Shown one piece after another: positions 11,446 to 25,000 of a DNA stretch of 64,000 bases; within the stretch, counting starts at the first letter, position 1; every line of letters begins with the position of its first letter. The notes beneath the pieces were generated by a model. That model had not been told where the DNA came from. It searched no databases and was given only the letters and a program-made list of their open reading frames with translations. The stretch spans positions 1,240,001 through 1,304,000 of the forward strand of contig NC_045138.2 in the NCBI RefSeq assembly GCF_008831285.2, read 5' to 3'. The DNA comes from Nymphaea colorata (Eukaryota). Both the position numbers and the translations under genes were made by a program.

Positions 11446-12311
11446 ATCCATGACGCAGATCTTGTGTTCATACTACCGTAAGTGTAACCCATGCTGATAG
11501 GTGCAGTGAACATGGGTACAACTATGTATTGCTGTATCCTAGGACTTAAAAATTTATTTTCAAATTTAATTTTTTAAATTTTGTCTTTTCCCTTCTTTTT
11601 TATTTTCCTTCCACCAAGATTCCATATTCTCTTATTATTTTTCTTTAATTCTTGATTATTCGTGTGGATATATATATATATATATATATATAATGCATAT
11701 ATTCATATACACACTCCCATCATTTCAAATTTTCTAAAATCACCATACCCATACCCATGTACCTGCTACTTTACCCCTATATCTAAATTTTCTAAAATGG
11801 CCATACTCGTAGTCTGGTACCCACGTCACCATGTACCCATGTACCCACTGAAGTAGCAAAGCCCCATCAACAGGACTCTTGTAGTGTCATACAAGCTTTC
11901 TCCACTATAGCCACATGTACAGGTCTGGTGACTCAGGTCTTTAGGATGCTTTTTTTTACCGCTACGATTATTGCTATATCGGCGGTGAATTGAAATTTCT
12001 GTTATGAGATATTCTAGCCGTGACAATATCACCGGTATGGATCTGCACTACTGTTAATGACTATGGCATGGGAAAAGATCTATAACAGTGAATATTCTCA
12101 CTCTATTAGTATATTTATATTTTTAAAAAAATGGCACTGCTTGTAAAGCAGGCACAATTTGGTGCTAGCTTTCATTTGCATTGGTTCAGCAAAAGCCATC
12201 TATCTAACAGAAATAAAATAGTCAACTTTTGAGCTGAGAAATGATAGCGATGGGAAGTCGACCTTACAACATAATGCAAATAAATTTGTCAACAATATCT
12301 TACCTTGTTGG

Positions 12312-15300
12312 TGTTAGATTTTGTTACCATATATACATTTCTTGTAGCCGTTAATGTACAGTTGAGGATTGTACGCCTTCCTTCTTACCTCTCTTTCTAA
12401 CTCAAATTACATAACCAGTGAAGATGGCTCCAATGTACAATAGCTTCTACAGACAACAACTCTATTGATGAATGACACTCCCTCTCCTCGAAACCAAAAG
12501 GATGATGCTCGATGGTTATCAACTCTAACAGAAGATGGCAGGTGGGGATCAATCCTGCAGGCTATTGAAGATAATAATCACCACAAGGTAGCTGCTATGG
12601 GTAAGGATCAACATAAGGCAGCTGCGGTGGCCAAAACCATTACCGATATGGTTGATCAGAAAATTAAGAAAGGAGATCAAATGTGTAACCAAGAAAATTG
12701 TCAAGAGATTGACAGTTTGAGAAAACGGCTAAACCTTCCAAATGGTGTAAGCCTTTAAAAATCAATAGAACCTCTCACACAAACGATTGAGCTCTGAGAG
12801 AGAAACTAGTTGCTCGTGGATGTAGACTCAAAACAAAGTCAAACCACATTGTTTGAGTTTTCTTGTGCTTTCTCTTTTACAGTATCAAAGCCAAAGTTTC
12901 TAAGACGTAAATTTCTTCCCACCCTTTAGAAATGGCAGATTACAATAGCAGCCATACACCAGAGTGTTCTACACCAAACACATCACAAAATATAGGTTAG
13001 ATCTTTCCTGTGCTTCCTACACCTACAAATATGCAGTATCTCCTTTCCATTAAGCTTGCATCATATAATTATTTGATTTGGGAATCACAGTTCATGCCTC
13101 TCTTTAAGAATTATAGTTTTATGTGTTTCATAGATGGTAAACAACCATGCCCATCTGAATGGATAGATGACAGTAATGGCTTAAAGTGACACAATTCAAA
13201 ATATGATGAATGATATAGATTTTATCGGCTTTTATTAAGTTGTATTCTCTCTTCACTGATCTAGTTCACAGTCAACCTGTGGGACTCTATTCTTCCCTTG
13301 AATTATGGAATGCTCTCAGGCAAATGTATGCTGCTCCATCAAGAGCTAAAACTCAGCAGTTGAAAAGCCAACTCTAAAATTTAAGAGAAGGCACAAAAAC
13401 TAGTTCAGAATACTTTTGTAGAGCAAAAGGTATTTCTCACCAATTAGCACTGGCATCAAAACCAATGGATGATGATGATCTGGTCATTTGTATTATGGCT
13501 GGTGTACCACCTGGAGAATATAGGTGTCTTAGGACTGCATTAAAGACTAGGGTCGACCCTATTACTTTGGAAGATTTGCTTGCAATGTTACTTATTCATG
13601 AGTCGCAATTGGATGAAGTTGATAATTTCTCTATAGGAAATTCATCGGTGAATTTTACTATGAAAAATCAAAATTTTGGTGGAAATTGCGTTAAAAATAA
13701 AAGAGGTCACACTAAAAATCAAGATCAATCTCTCACAAATCAAACTGGATCTTGCTTTGCTTGTGGAAATAATGGACATATTGCAGCAAACTATCACACA
13801 GTTAGTCAAGTGTGTCATCAATCTGGTCATGGTACATTGAAGTGCAAAACATACAAACTTCAGAAAATTGATGAAGCTTCATCTATGGAAGCACATGCCG
13901 CTGACTTATATGGTTCATTTGATCATGGAGGATGGTACCGCAACTCCAGAGCCACACACCATGACATATTAGATTTCAACAACTTGACAATCCAATCCAA
14001 CTACAATAGAGGGGATCAATTTCGCATTGGTAATGGACAAGGTTTGAACATTAAACACATTGGAACCTCTGTTTTCTCTCATATTGATTCCAAGTTCATA
14101 ATGAAAGATATTTTGCATATGTCGTCTTTCACCAAAAATCTGATTTCAGTATACAAGTTTACAAAAGACAAGGACGTGTTACTTGAATTTCACCCACAAT
14201 TTTCTTATCTGAAGGATGCCAAGACAGGGCATCTTCTTCTCAAGGGAAACAATGAGCGAGGACTCTACAAGCTGAACTTAGGAGCTATTGGGCGTGAACC
14301 AGCAGCATTACTTGGTGAACAAACTACTCGGCAGAAATGGCTTGAGCGACTTGCGCATCCCTCTATGAAAATCATGCAATATATTCTTTATGAATATGGG
14401 CTTCCTTCTATTTTCAATAAATTTGACTCTTTGTGTGAAGCATGCCAAATGGGGAAGAGTCATACTTTGCCCTTTTCTAGTTCTATTCATGAAATAAATG
14501 GACCATTAGAACTAATATATATTGATGTTTGGGGGTCTGTGCCTATTGCTTCCATGCAAGGATATTATTTCTATATTAATTTTGTGGATGGATATTCAAG
14601 GTTCACTTGTTAAAGACTTCCAAAAACTTGTAGAGAGACAATTTAGCCAGACTATAAAAAGCCTTTCCAAGTGATTGGGAAGGAGAATTTAGATCTTTAT
14701 CCACTTACTCAAAATCATGTGGGATTGATCATCACATTTCATGTCCTCACATATATCAGCAAAATGGGATAATAGAGCAAAAACATCATCACATAGTAGA
14801 GACTGGACTCACCTTACTTGCTCATGCTAACCTTCCTCTCAAGTATTGAGATTTTGCCTTCCTTACAACAGCATTTCTTATTAATCGTCTACCATCACCG
14901 GTTACAAACATGAAAAGTCCATTTCAGCTTCTTTTTAACCAAAACCTGGACTATACCTTTCTTAAAACTTTTCATTCTGCTTGCTATCCTCATCTTTGCC
15001 CCTACAATGCTCATAAACTGCAATACCGAAGTACCAAATGCATATTTCTTGTCTATAGCACAAAACACAAAGGCTATCTTTGTTAAATCCATCAAATTCA
15101 AGACTCTACATTTGCCAAAATGTCATTTTTGATGAAAATGTTTTCCCTTATAAGTCCATCATCTTCAATCTCTCCACCAATGGAAATTCTTTTCCTACAT
15201 TGGCCATGTCACCAGTAACACCATCCCTTGTAACTACATCTATTTCCCCAAATTAGCCCATCAGCCGCACCACTACCATCTTCCCCACTACTACCACCAC

Positions 15301-15500
15301 CTTCCCCATCACCACCATCTCCCAACACCCTATCCCCATCTGAGAAACCCCTACCTCCTGCCATCAAAACTTACTCCATGATCACTCGCCTACATGCTGG
15401 ATCTCTTAAGCCAAATCCCCATCACATTACTCACCTTACCGAGCTTCCTTTAGAAACCGAACCAAAAACATTTACCCTGTAAAGACACCAGATGACACAG
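12312..15500 (+). mobile_element. Ty1/copia retrotransposon, degenerate and 3'-truncated (5' LTR, gag, protease, integrase; no RT)
   Basis: LTR-like 12312-12881 ending TTTACA, then degenerate PBS GTATCAAAGCC. ORF 13465-14613 has zinc knuckles, a protease-like WY-NS-ATHH, GAG-pre-integrase RLAHPS...CEACQMGK and integrase LELIYIDVWG. Cut at the duplication junction ~15520. Confidence 0.9.
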
Positions 15501-16048
15501 GGCAGAAAGCATGCAACGGCCAAATCTGTTACACTTTAGTTTGTCGAAGCAATCATATAGCTCCGGGGAAAGAGGAAAGGGGAAGTTTCTACCTCTCTTC
15601 AAATCTACAATCCAATATTCTTTGATCTCAAAATTAGATTCAGAAGAGACACTGGCTTCACTTTGCAACCCGCTTAGTTATCAGATAAATCCGGTCCAGG
15701 AAAGAGATAAAGAGGGGATACCGAACGAAGGGCTCATATCCAGTCAAGTCACATTTAAAACAGCAGTAAGAATGTAAGGAATACATGTGGTTATATTGAT
15801 TCAATGAATACGTGTGGACTGATACACACGACTCCAACAATCACCCGGTGGACAAAACAAATTAACAAGTGGATCTGCAAAGTGTATTTAATAAAGATTA
15901 GGTAAATTTTGAGTGGCGCTATTTAAATGCATATGAAGGGAGAAACAATAAGGGCACATAAATCATGATGCATCAAACTTGACAGCTTAAAAAAATTATG
16001 ATTCTGATGAGAAAAATCATACTAAAGGTAGGTTCTTTCAGCTGAATC

Positions 16049-17142
16049 TATTTGAGCCACATTGAATTAAGTGTTTTTTTTTTCTTTATTTTGATCTGTT
16101 CTTCGGAGTGGAAATTCCGGTTGGACTGGACTTACCCCCGCAAGACTCAAATCTAAATTCAAAAGCGACTGGGTGTAACAGATCTGGACCAGGTCCATAC
16201 GGCACAAATGAGAAATTATTGATGTCCTTTTCATTGGAAAGTTGTCCATCAATATTGGAAATTTGGATCAGAACCCAGATCTTGCATGAATTACTATGAA
16301 ATTCATACCTGGAAGGATATTAGTATATTACTAATAGTTACCTACAGATCTCATCAAAACTGGTTCATGTTCAATCCCTTGACACCCAACTGACCTGATC
16401 GTGAGATGCAAACATGGATCTTTTCCATGTAATTCATTTTCTAGATTCGACACTTGGGATCGGCACACTATTTTTTTTTAGTTATTTGAGGTAAACAGGT
16501 AGTAGTATTTCATCATACCGCCTACCACCCAAGAAGAAAGCCAAAACCCCCCACCCTTCCCTGTCCCTGAAGGTACCTCCACCACCTATCATATTTGAGC
16601 CACATTGAATTAAGTGTTTTTTTTCTTTATTTTGATCTGTTCTTCGGAGTGGAAATTCCGGTTGGACTGGACTTACCCCCGCAAGACTCAAATCTAAATT
16701 CAAAAGCGACTGGGTGTAACAGATCTGGACCAGGTCCATACGGCACAAATGAGAAATTATTGATGCCCTTTTCATTGGAAAGTTGCCCATCAATATTGGA
16801 AATTTGGACCAGAACCCAGATCTTGCATGAATTACTATGAAATTCATACCTGGAAGGATATTAGTATATTACTAATAGTTACGTACAGATCTCATCAAAA
16901 CTGGATCATGTTCAATCCCTTGACACCCAACTGACCTGATCGTGAGATGCAAACATGGATCTTTTCCATGTAATTCCTTTTCTAGATTCGACACTTGGGA
17001 TCGGCACACTATTTTCTTTTAGTTATTTGAGGTAAACAGGTAGTAGTATTTCATCATACCGCCTACCACCCAAGAAGAAAGCCAAAACCCCCACCCTTCC
17101 CCAGCCCTGAAGAGCATGTACCTCCACCACCTATCATACTTG
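16049..17142 (+). repeat. Tandem duplication of ~543 bp
   Basis: TTTGAGCCACATTGAATTAAGTG at ~16051 and ~16594. Single copy at 3836-4392. Confidence 0.95.
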
Positions 17143-17672
17143 ACTTAATAAAATCTTTGTTATCAACACTTCATTAGTCATCTAAAGGGGTCTCGATTGG
17201 AATCTTTACTGCTAACCAGCCTAGAAAATCTAAAAAACTAGGCAAAAAAGAAGACACTAAATGAAAATATTAATTTTTCTCTTCAGTGTAATTAACTTTT
17301 TCATACGTTATTTTGATAAAAAATTCAGAGATCAATGATACAGTGCAGAAAGTAGAATAAGCAACAGATGTTAGATTTAATTACGGCTGACTTAAGTGAA
17401 ACGTGGACTTTTTTTTATTATATAAGCTTTTGGACTTGTTAATGCATAGTTATACATTGTTGACTTTGGAGTTGGCAATATTACACTTTATATTAGAATT
17501 GGGTGAAAATTGATTAGATTTTTATCAAGCAGAAAAATAAAAAAGATTGTATGCATGCATAATCCGATCAAGATCAAACTCGGATGTGTTTAGACAAACA
17601 ATGGATCCGCTTGTAAAATTGTTTACAGCATGAATTAGCGACTAAATTAATTTGTGCTGCCTCGTAGCAAAC

Positions 17673-17795
17673 TATGACCATCAAGTAGATAATCATTCGA
17701 TATGATTCCTTGAGTTCTCCAGAGGTCTCTCTTTCTCTATGACCATCAAGTAGATAATCATTCGATATGATTCCTTGAGTTCTCCAGAGGTCTCT
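17673..17795 (+). repeat. ~60 bp tandem duplication at the deletion junction, running into (CT)n
   Basis: CTATGACCATCAAGTAGATAATCATTCGATATGATTCCTTGAGTTCTCCAGAGGTCTCTCT occurs twice. Confidence 0.9.
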
Positions 17796-17798
17796 CTC

Positions 17799-17838
<40 letters not shown>

Positions 17839-18060
17839 AAAGGCAGCATAGTTGAAGCAAAACCACTACCACCATCTTCCTCAATGCTATATAAACTCCC
17901 CCACCTGATTTAGTTTCTCATATGGAATTCCTCCTCTGCTCTCTCTATTTTCTCTCCTATTCAATGAACTTGAATCCCACTCCCAAAATTTTATCCGGAT
18001 TGTGAGCTCTCTTTCTTTCATTCTCTCTCTCTTTCTCTTTTACTGCACATCTCTTGAGCT

Positions 18061-18778
18061 ATGGAACCCCGTAAAAGTTGAGAAATTCAGAGCCATGGTC
18101 AAGTACATGAAGACCAATTATCTCCACAAGCTCGCCTTCTACGCAGTGACAGCATTCATGGTAGGCTTATTTTTATGAAGCCCTCTCTGGCTTTCTCCCC
18201 TCTGCTTCTTCATCAAGCCTCTCCTGTGCATCTCCCTTCCCAACCTGATGGGTTACATCCTTTGCCCAAAATTCCAGTTTGTTGTGTCCAATGTCATCAT
18301 CATCGTCCTTGTTGGGGAGTCTAAATTTTTGGGCACCTCAAGCCCAATGCCAGACATTTACGATGAATACGTCAAGAGGAAGAATGGCTCCCAGAAGCTC
18401 CATGCTCCTCCCATGGCAAGGAATGAAACCACCACCTCCCATGGCAACTGGTTCTTACGAATTTGAGGAATTAAGTCAGAGAGGGGAGGAGGAGCACCAT
18501 GGGCAAGATCATGAATAAGGCTGCCATGAAGAGACCAGTGACTCTTGATGTTCTTCCTTGAGAAGTCGTTGCAGAGATTGTAGCACACATTGTTTCTTCA
18601 TCGCCGGCCATGTTGTCGGTTCCTGATCTTGCCAACATGAAGCTCACGTAAGTTTTCTGTCATCTCCAACAGATTCAACTTTCAAGCACTCTACACAGAT
18701 TCTCCAACAAATTCTACAAGATGTTGTGTGAAGCTGCAAGGGGTGGATGGGGTGCTCAGACGAGCCACCATTGTGGAC
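18061..18778 (+). pseudogene. DUF4408-like / F-box fusion pseudogene, copy 2, with TATA promoter at ~17888
   Basis: Homologous to 6619-7395 with more frameshifts and stops. CTATATAAA upstream. Confidence 0.7.
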
Positions 18779-20950
18779 GTATAGAGGCAAGTATGAACCT
18801 TCTCCTCTTGATCTCCATTTGATTTTTTTAATCTTAAGACGAAAAAGTACTTTGATGAGCCTTCTTAATTTTTGGCTTATGACTAATAAGTTACTTCGGC
18901 TAAAACTCATCATTTAACTTTTTGAATGCTATTGGTTTGTAAAAATTTTAGTGATGCAATGTGGGAGACCATGAAATATATCATGGATTGACCAGAAAAC
19001 GATCAATTATTTTTGCATTAATGTTGTTGATAATGGAAACCTGCAAACTGAACTGTCGTGCATGGTTCACAAAAATGCATCTGTCAGCAATGTTGATGTT
19101 AATTTTAATGGAGGCCACTATGACAGTGGTTGTAGTTTAGAGATATAAAAAGAAAGTAGTCATGAATCATGATGGTTAACCTACTTACAAAACATAATAT
19201 TAGTTACCAACCAAATATGGTTATCTTTCCAATCTCTTGGAACAAAAGCCAACTATGTACAGTAATAAAAGTAAAAAGAAACAAGCATTTATGTGAACCC
19301 TCGGATAAGGGATAAGGAGCCGTCCTCTATTCATTAGAGTTAGAAGAATGTCTATGGTTGAACGTGTGCTTCGGAATCTTTTATCTTCACTTAACCCAAA
19401 TTCATTTGTTGATTCCTGGTGCCTCTACCTTCATGTCCTCTTTTACTCTCTGTTGCTTCGCTTGTGGATTAGAAGGGCAAAACGGATGCTTTCGGAAACG
19501 GCATGTATAATCATGTTTAGACCACACTTAGCACACACCTTCTTCAGCCCCTGCTCTGAGGACAATTGTAAGTAAAGACTACACATCTATCTCCATCTTC
19601 ATCAATGGATGACAAAAGATAAAAGAAACAATATGGTAGCATACAAGATTGAGCCTCTTGGGCAGCTTTAATTTTTCTACATTGGTTTGGCAAGGCAACA
19701 CCATCCTGTAAATTTAAGTCTGCCGACATAGAGGGGAAGACTTAGGTTCAAGGAATGGAACATGCAAAGAAGAAAAGGTGCACTAGCAATAAGTGCAAAC
19801 CCAAAACCAATGAAGAAGAAAAACAAGAGTAAAGCATGGAAGAGTGCATTCTTGAGACCATAAGTGCAGAATTGAAATTGTAAGGTTGTGTTTGGTTTAC
19901 TGTAGATCTGAGATCCATGGTGATCTGAAAACTCTAATATCTCAAATCCATGGATTTAAGATCAGACAACTGACCCCAAATCCGATCTTAAATTTATGGT
20001 TTTTAACATGTAGCATGAATTTGAAATTCATGCTATTAATTAAGATCCTCAGTTTGTTTGAAGATCTCTCAAAACACGTCTTTTCATGCAACCTCGGATC
20101 AAACACAACCTAAAGGAAAAAAAACAAAATGAAAGATAGAGAGTTGATAGTGAATAAGTTTTGAAGATGAGAGACATGAAAGAACCACATAAGAAGCATT
20201 CGTATAAAAGAAGAAGAGAAAGTACAGAAAATGGTATGTGGTATATCACTCTCTCTCTCTCTCTCTCTATGTTGCTTGGAATGGTGAAAGCTATTGTGCG
20301 AGCCTCTAGATATCTTTGCAATCTCTTTCACTGCACCTAGGGATGAAGATGTCTTTCTTTTTTAAGATGTATTTTTCAATAAAATTATGTTATGCCAAAG
20401 AGAAAATATTGCCTCTATTGCTGTATTATTTTTGGGAAAATGTGAGATTTTGGAAGATAATTGTATCCATAAAAGATGCCATTTGATTATATTTTAGGAT
20501 ATTGTGGATGTAACGGTTCATTTTGAATATTAATGTACATAGAAATACACGATTACATGATACTTTTAAGATATGTGATAATCTGTTTTGTAATAATGCA
20601 AAACAGATTCAATTTGTAGGTACTACGAATCACCATAAATGAGAGAGGCAAAATGATGGAAATGGTCCCAACTGGAAAAGGGGTAAAGGCGACATCCTTC
20701 AACTGAGACAAAAGACTATATACGCATTACGTAGTGAAATTGAAGTCAGTCCGCCAACATCTATTGTCAATTGAGTTATTTTTATATTTTTATATTTCGC
20801 GATGTTAAAAACTGTTGCCAATGTTGAATTCTACAGATAAAAATGGTGATCAATATATTACAGTAGCAGAATGCTGTGATGCCTTTTTGATTCACAAAAT
20901 TTGAAAAAAAAAAAAAAACCCATGTGGTCGTTGGCTGGTTGATTTTAGTC

Positions 20951-21335
20951 ATAATCACAAATAACGTTTCACAGTTTTAAACAACGAGGTTTTTCTCGGG
21001 TATAATATGGTGAGCTTGAATAAAAGAAAAAAATATGATATGTTTTTAAAAATTTAAAAAAACTAAAAATGAGGGGGAAATAAAATAAGTGAGAAACTAA
21101 TAACACAAAAAACAAAAGATAAGTAGATTTCCAAAAAATAAGAACTAAAAAATGAAAAGAAAATGATTGGCATTAGAAAAACTGAAAAAAAAAGTGTTTT
21201 TTTTAGTTTTAAACGGCCATTTAATTTATTGCATTTTTTTTTACAAAAAAAACATGTTTTCTGTTAGTATGATTATAACTCCAATATGTATATATGACAC
21301 TAAATTGTTTTGTAAGAGAAGTATGTATATCTTCA
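20951..21335. mobile_element. AT-rich MITE-like insertion absent from duplication copy 1
   Basis: Absent at the matching site ~9742. Begins CATAATCACAAATAACG, with a degenerate inverted end near 21260-21277. Confidence 0.5.
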
Positions 21336-22049
21336 ATAAATCATAACTAGATTTGCAATTTAAGTGGTCTACCCTAACCGCACCACTTTTTTTTTCTCTT
21401 TTTGACAACTGACAAGGAACTCTTTAGAGGATGGGCCCGGTGTTTAATTGACTTTTTTTTTTTTGTTTGGTTTAAGCACCAAAAAAACCATAGCTAAGCT
21501 GAGAGACTAGGTCACCGACTAGGAGCCTAAAACCTAAGGCTACATTCCTCCAGAACTATGGTTAATTTGCTTGTTAGGGATGTCAACGGATGAGATATAT
21601 CCTTAGTCATATCCACTTTTTCATATATTCATATGTTCAGATTCGAATTCGAATAAATAAAAGTCATATCTGAATCTGAATCCGAAATCCAATTTTTCAA
21701 TCGGAATCTGATCCAAATCCGATTTTTATATTTATATCTGAATCTGAATTTTAAACAGGATTTTACCAATTTTCAAAATTTGATAGTATTAGATACTGGA
21801 TATTTGTTTAAAAATGAATCCAATTCAATCCAAATTCGTATCCAAATCCGATCAGTTATTTATGTTTATCCGAATCCGATTGGATGCCATTTATTAAATC
21901 TGAATCCAATCTGATTTCTTAATCGGATATTAAAGTATTTTCCATATTAGATGTTTTCCAATCGGATTGGTCAGATATCATATTCAAATAAGATATATTG
22001 ACATCCTCACATGTTGTGTTGTACAAAATGCTAACTTGGTCAATGAATT

Positions 22050-25000
22050 GCCATCATTATCTCATTTCTCTGTTGGGAAGGATTATCTACAGCTGCCTAT
22101 TGAAGATTTTCTCATAGTTTCCTTGTCTCATTGTAATCTGCCATTTCTAAAGTACATGCTTGATTTTTCCTTTTTCCTGTTTCATGTTTTAACATGGCAT
22201 CAGAGCGTGGTTGGTGTTGAAAGGGAGAATTCCATACTGTCTGCCGCAAGACCGCGTCTGCTGGTTCTAAGGAACTCTAGTCACCATAGGTGATGCCGGC
22301 AAGCAGCGATTATTTCAGGAGCTCTGTTCCATGTGAGCTCCGTGTGCCTGATTTAAGAAAAGTGTAGTCCGTTCAGTAGCGACCAGAGTATCGCCGGAAA
22401 GGTCTCGCCTTTATAGCAACAGATTCCCCAATTTTTTGAAATTGGAAATTCCATTATTCTGGTGACATTCCTCTCATATTCTTCATATGCTGAATTAATT
22501 TCACTCGCTTAGATTGTAATTCCTGTTATTTCGGGAGGACAAAAAATCCCTGCCAAAGAAGAGGTCCAAAACAGGGACCGTAATTTTTCTCCTGATCTCA
22601 GCGGCGTTATTTTCTCTGGGGAATTCAGCTGTCGAACAGGAGCTCTTCTGGAATTGCAGATAATTGTCTCTGCTAGTTTTTCCCTGGAGCCCTACAAAAG
22701 CCGAGAAGATATTGATATTGTCCCCTGTTCCCCACGACGACGTCTTCTTCTTCAGTGAAACAGACAGGCCGATCGATCTCTGCCTGGTAACTTCAAAAAG
22801 TTGGCATCTTCTTCTCCAGGGTCCCCTTGCCATGATTTTGGACAGGAAGCACCACTAGTGTGTTACACTTCCAACGGTCTGATGCTCGACCGGATCCGAC
22901 ATCGGAGTTGGCAGTCATCAGGCAATTTCTTGCCGCCTGTCAGCAGTTTCTGCAGTAACTTCTGACCCGTGCGTTTAGGTTGAATCGATCTCTGTCTTGC
23001 CACCCAGTGGGAGCGAACCTCGCCGCTGTCACCAAGCCTTACCAGAAAACCATCTGTACGGTGAAGTGCCCAGCTCGTTGTTCTCTGTTTTTTTCCTTTC
23101 CTCCATTCCCTGGTTCTCCATTTTTTTTTTGTCAAGTGGAGGACCTATACAACCAGGGCAGCGACCAACATACTCCTTCTGGCATATTCATTTTTTCACT
23201 TGGCAACTTATTGCTGATGGCTGGCCTTCAAACTGGAACTGCTCAAGGAGGCAAAAATTCTAGAGGATCAAGATCTTCTGATCAGCATGGAAACACATTG
23301 AGAATCAAATCCACTCTTCTCAATGGCGCAAACTATCTGAATTGGGCCAAGGTTGCACACCTATTTCTTAGTGGGAGGTCTAAAGCAGAATACGTCAATG
23401 GCAAAATCAAACCTCCTGCTCCTAATGATCCTAGGTATGAAGAGTGAAAATCTGAAAACGACATGGTTATTTCGTGGCTGATAAATTCGATGAAATCATC
23501 AATAGCAAATATGTCCATGTATCAAGACACGGCCCTAGGCATTTGGAAGTCACTCAAAGAGCTATTCAGCGGGCAAAACAATCTTGCCCGAATATACCAA
23601 ATTCAGTGTGAGATTGCTAAGCTCATGGTGGGAGACAAGGATGTCCATCTCTACATCGGCCGTCTTCGCAGTCTTTTTGATGAACTCCTTCAATATAGAC
23701 CGGCTACATCTAATCCTGCTATTTTCAAACAACGGTTCAAGGAAGATAAAATATTCAAAGTACTGGCTGGTCACAATGAAAACTATGAGACCTTGCACAG
23801 CCCGATCTTGAACTCATCCCCTCTTCCAACTTTCAATACTATTTGTCAAATTATTGAAAGAGAAGTATCCAGGTGGAAAGTTATGAAATCATCCACCCAA
23901 GATGAAGGCGCAAGAGAAAATTCTGAAACAATGGTGTATATTTCTTGCATTCAAGAAGCACAAAGAAGAGGACCAAACAAATTAAGAACTCATAGCAAAT
24001 TGAAGTGCACCCACTGCAAAAAAGTCGGTCACACTCATGAATGGTGTTGGGAGATCATAGGGAGACCCAAGAAGGGGAAACCAACCACGTCTTCAAAGGA
24101 TATCAACTTGGCAAACTTTGTTACAAATGATGATCTGGAAAAAAAATGTCAAAAATTCTCCAAGACCAATCTCGTCTCCTCCCAACCAGTCGTTGAAACC
24201 TCTAAAGGTAAGCCTCTAGTCTTATTCTCGGAGCCTCAAACAACTTGTTCCTCATCTTACTACTGAAGATTGGGAATGCGATGCTTGTCAGTTTTTCAAG
24301 TTCACAAGACTTTTGTTTCAATCATCCATAGAAAATCGTTAGAAGCTTTTGATCTTATACATTCCGATGTATGTTGGCCGGCTCTTGAAATATCTCATAC
24401 TGAATATAAATACTATGTCACTTTTATTGATGATATGACTCATGTAACTTTGATTTATTTCTCAAGAATAAAAGTGAGGTTCCAAATATATTTGAAGAAT
24501 TTTACAATCTTATCCATACTCAGTACAGGATCAAGATAAAAAACTTCACTCCAATAATGGAGAAGAGTATGTTAACAACAATCTTAAAGAGTTTATGAGC
24601 TAGAAAGGCATACAACCTCAATACTCTTGTGCTGGAACTCCTTAGCAGAACGGCATCGCAGAGAGGAAAAATAGTCAACTATTAAACATTGTTCGTACTC
24701 TCATGATACACATGAATGTGCCGCAAAAATACTGGAATGAAGCTATCGGGACCGCCTGCTATATATCTAACTGGATTCCTAATTCTAGCATTGAAGGAAA
24801 TGAACCTCTTGAACTCCTCCTCAACCGGTCCATATCCATTAAACATCTCAAGGCTTGCGGGTGCAAATGTTACGTCCATGTGCAAGAAAACTTCAGAAAT
24901 AAGTTTCAGAAATGTGCTGTCAAGAGAATTTTCATGGGATATTCAAGTAAAAAACATGGCGACCGATGTCTTGATCTCATTACTAACAAAATGATGGTCT

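Larger units (their letters stand above)
3093..11814 (+). repeat. Segmental duplication, copy 1 (copy 2 at 15522-27613)
   Basis: Colinear direct homology from TGTTACACTTTAGTTTGTCGAAG to CCATACTCGTAGTC, with indels. Confidence 0.95.

Noticed and set aside
12465..12758. 97-aa ORF
   Set aside because: Lies inside the putative LTR and has no recognisable domain
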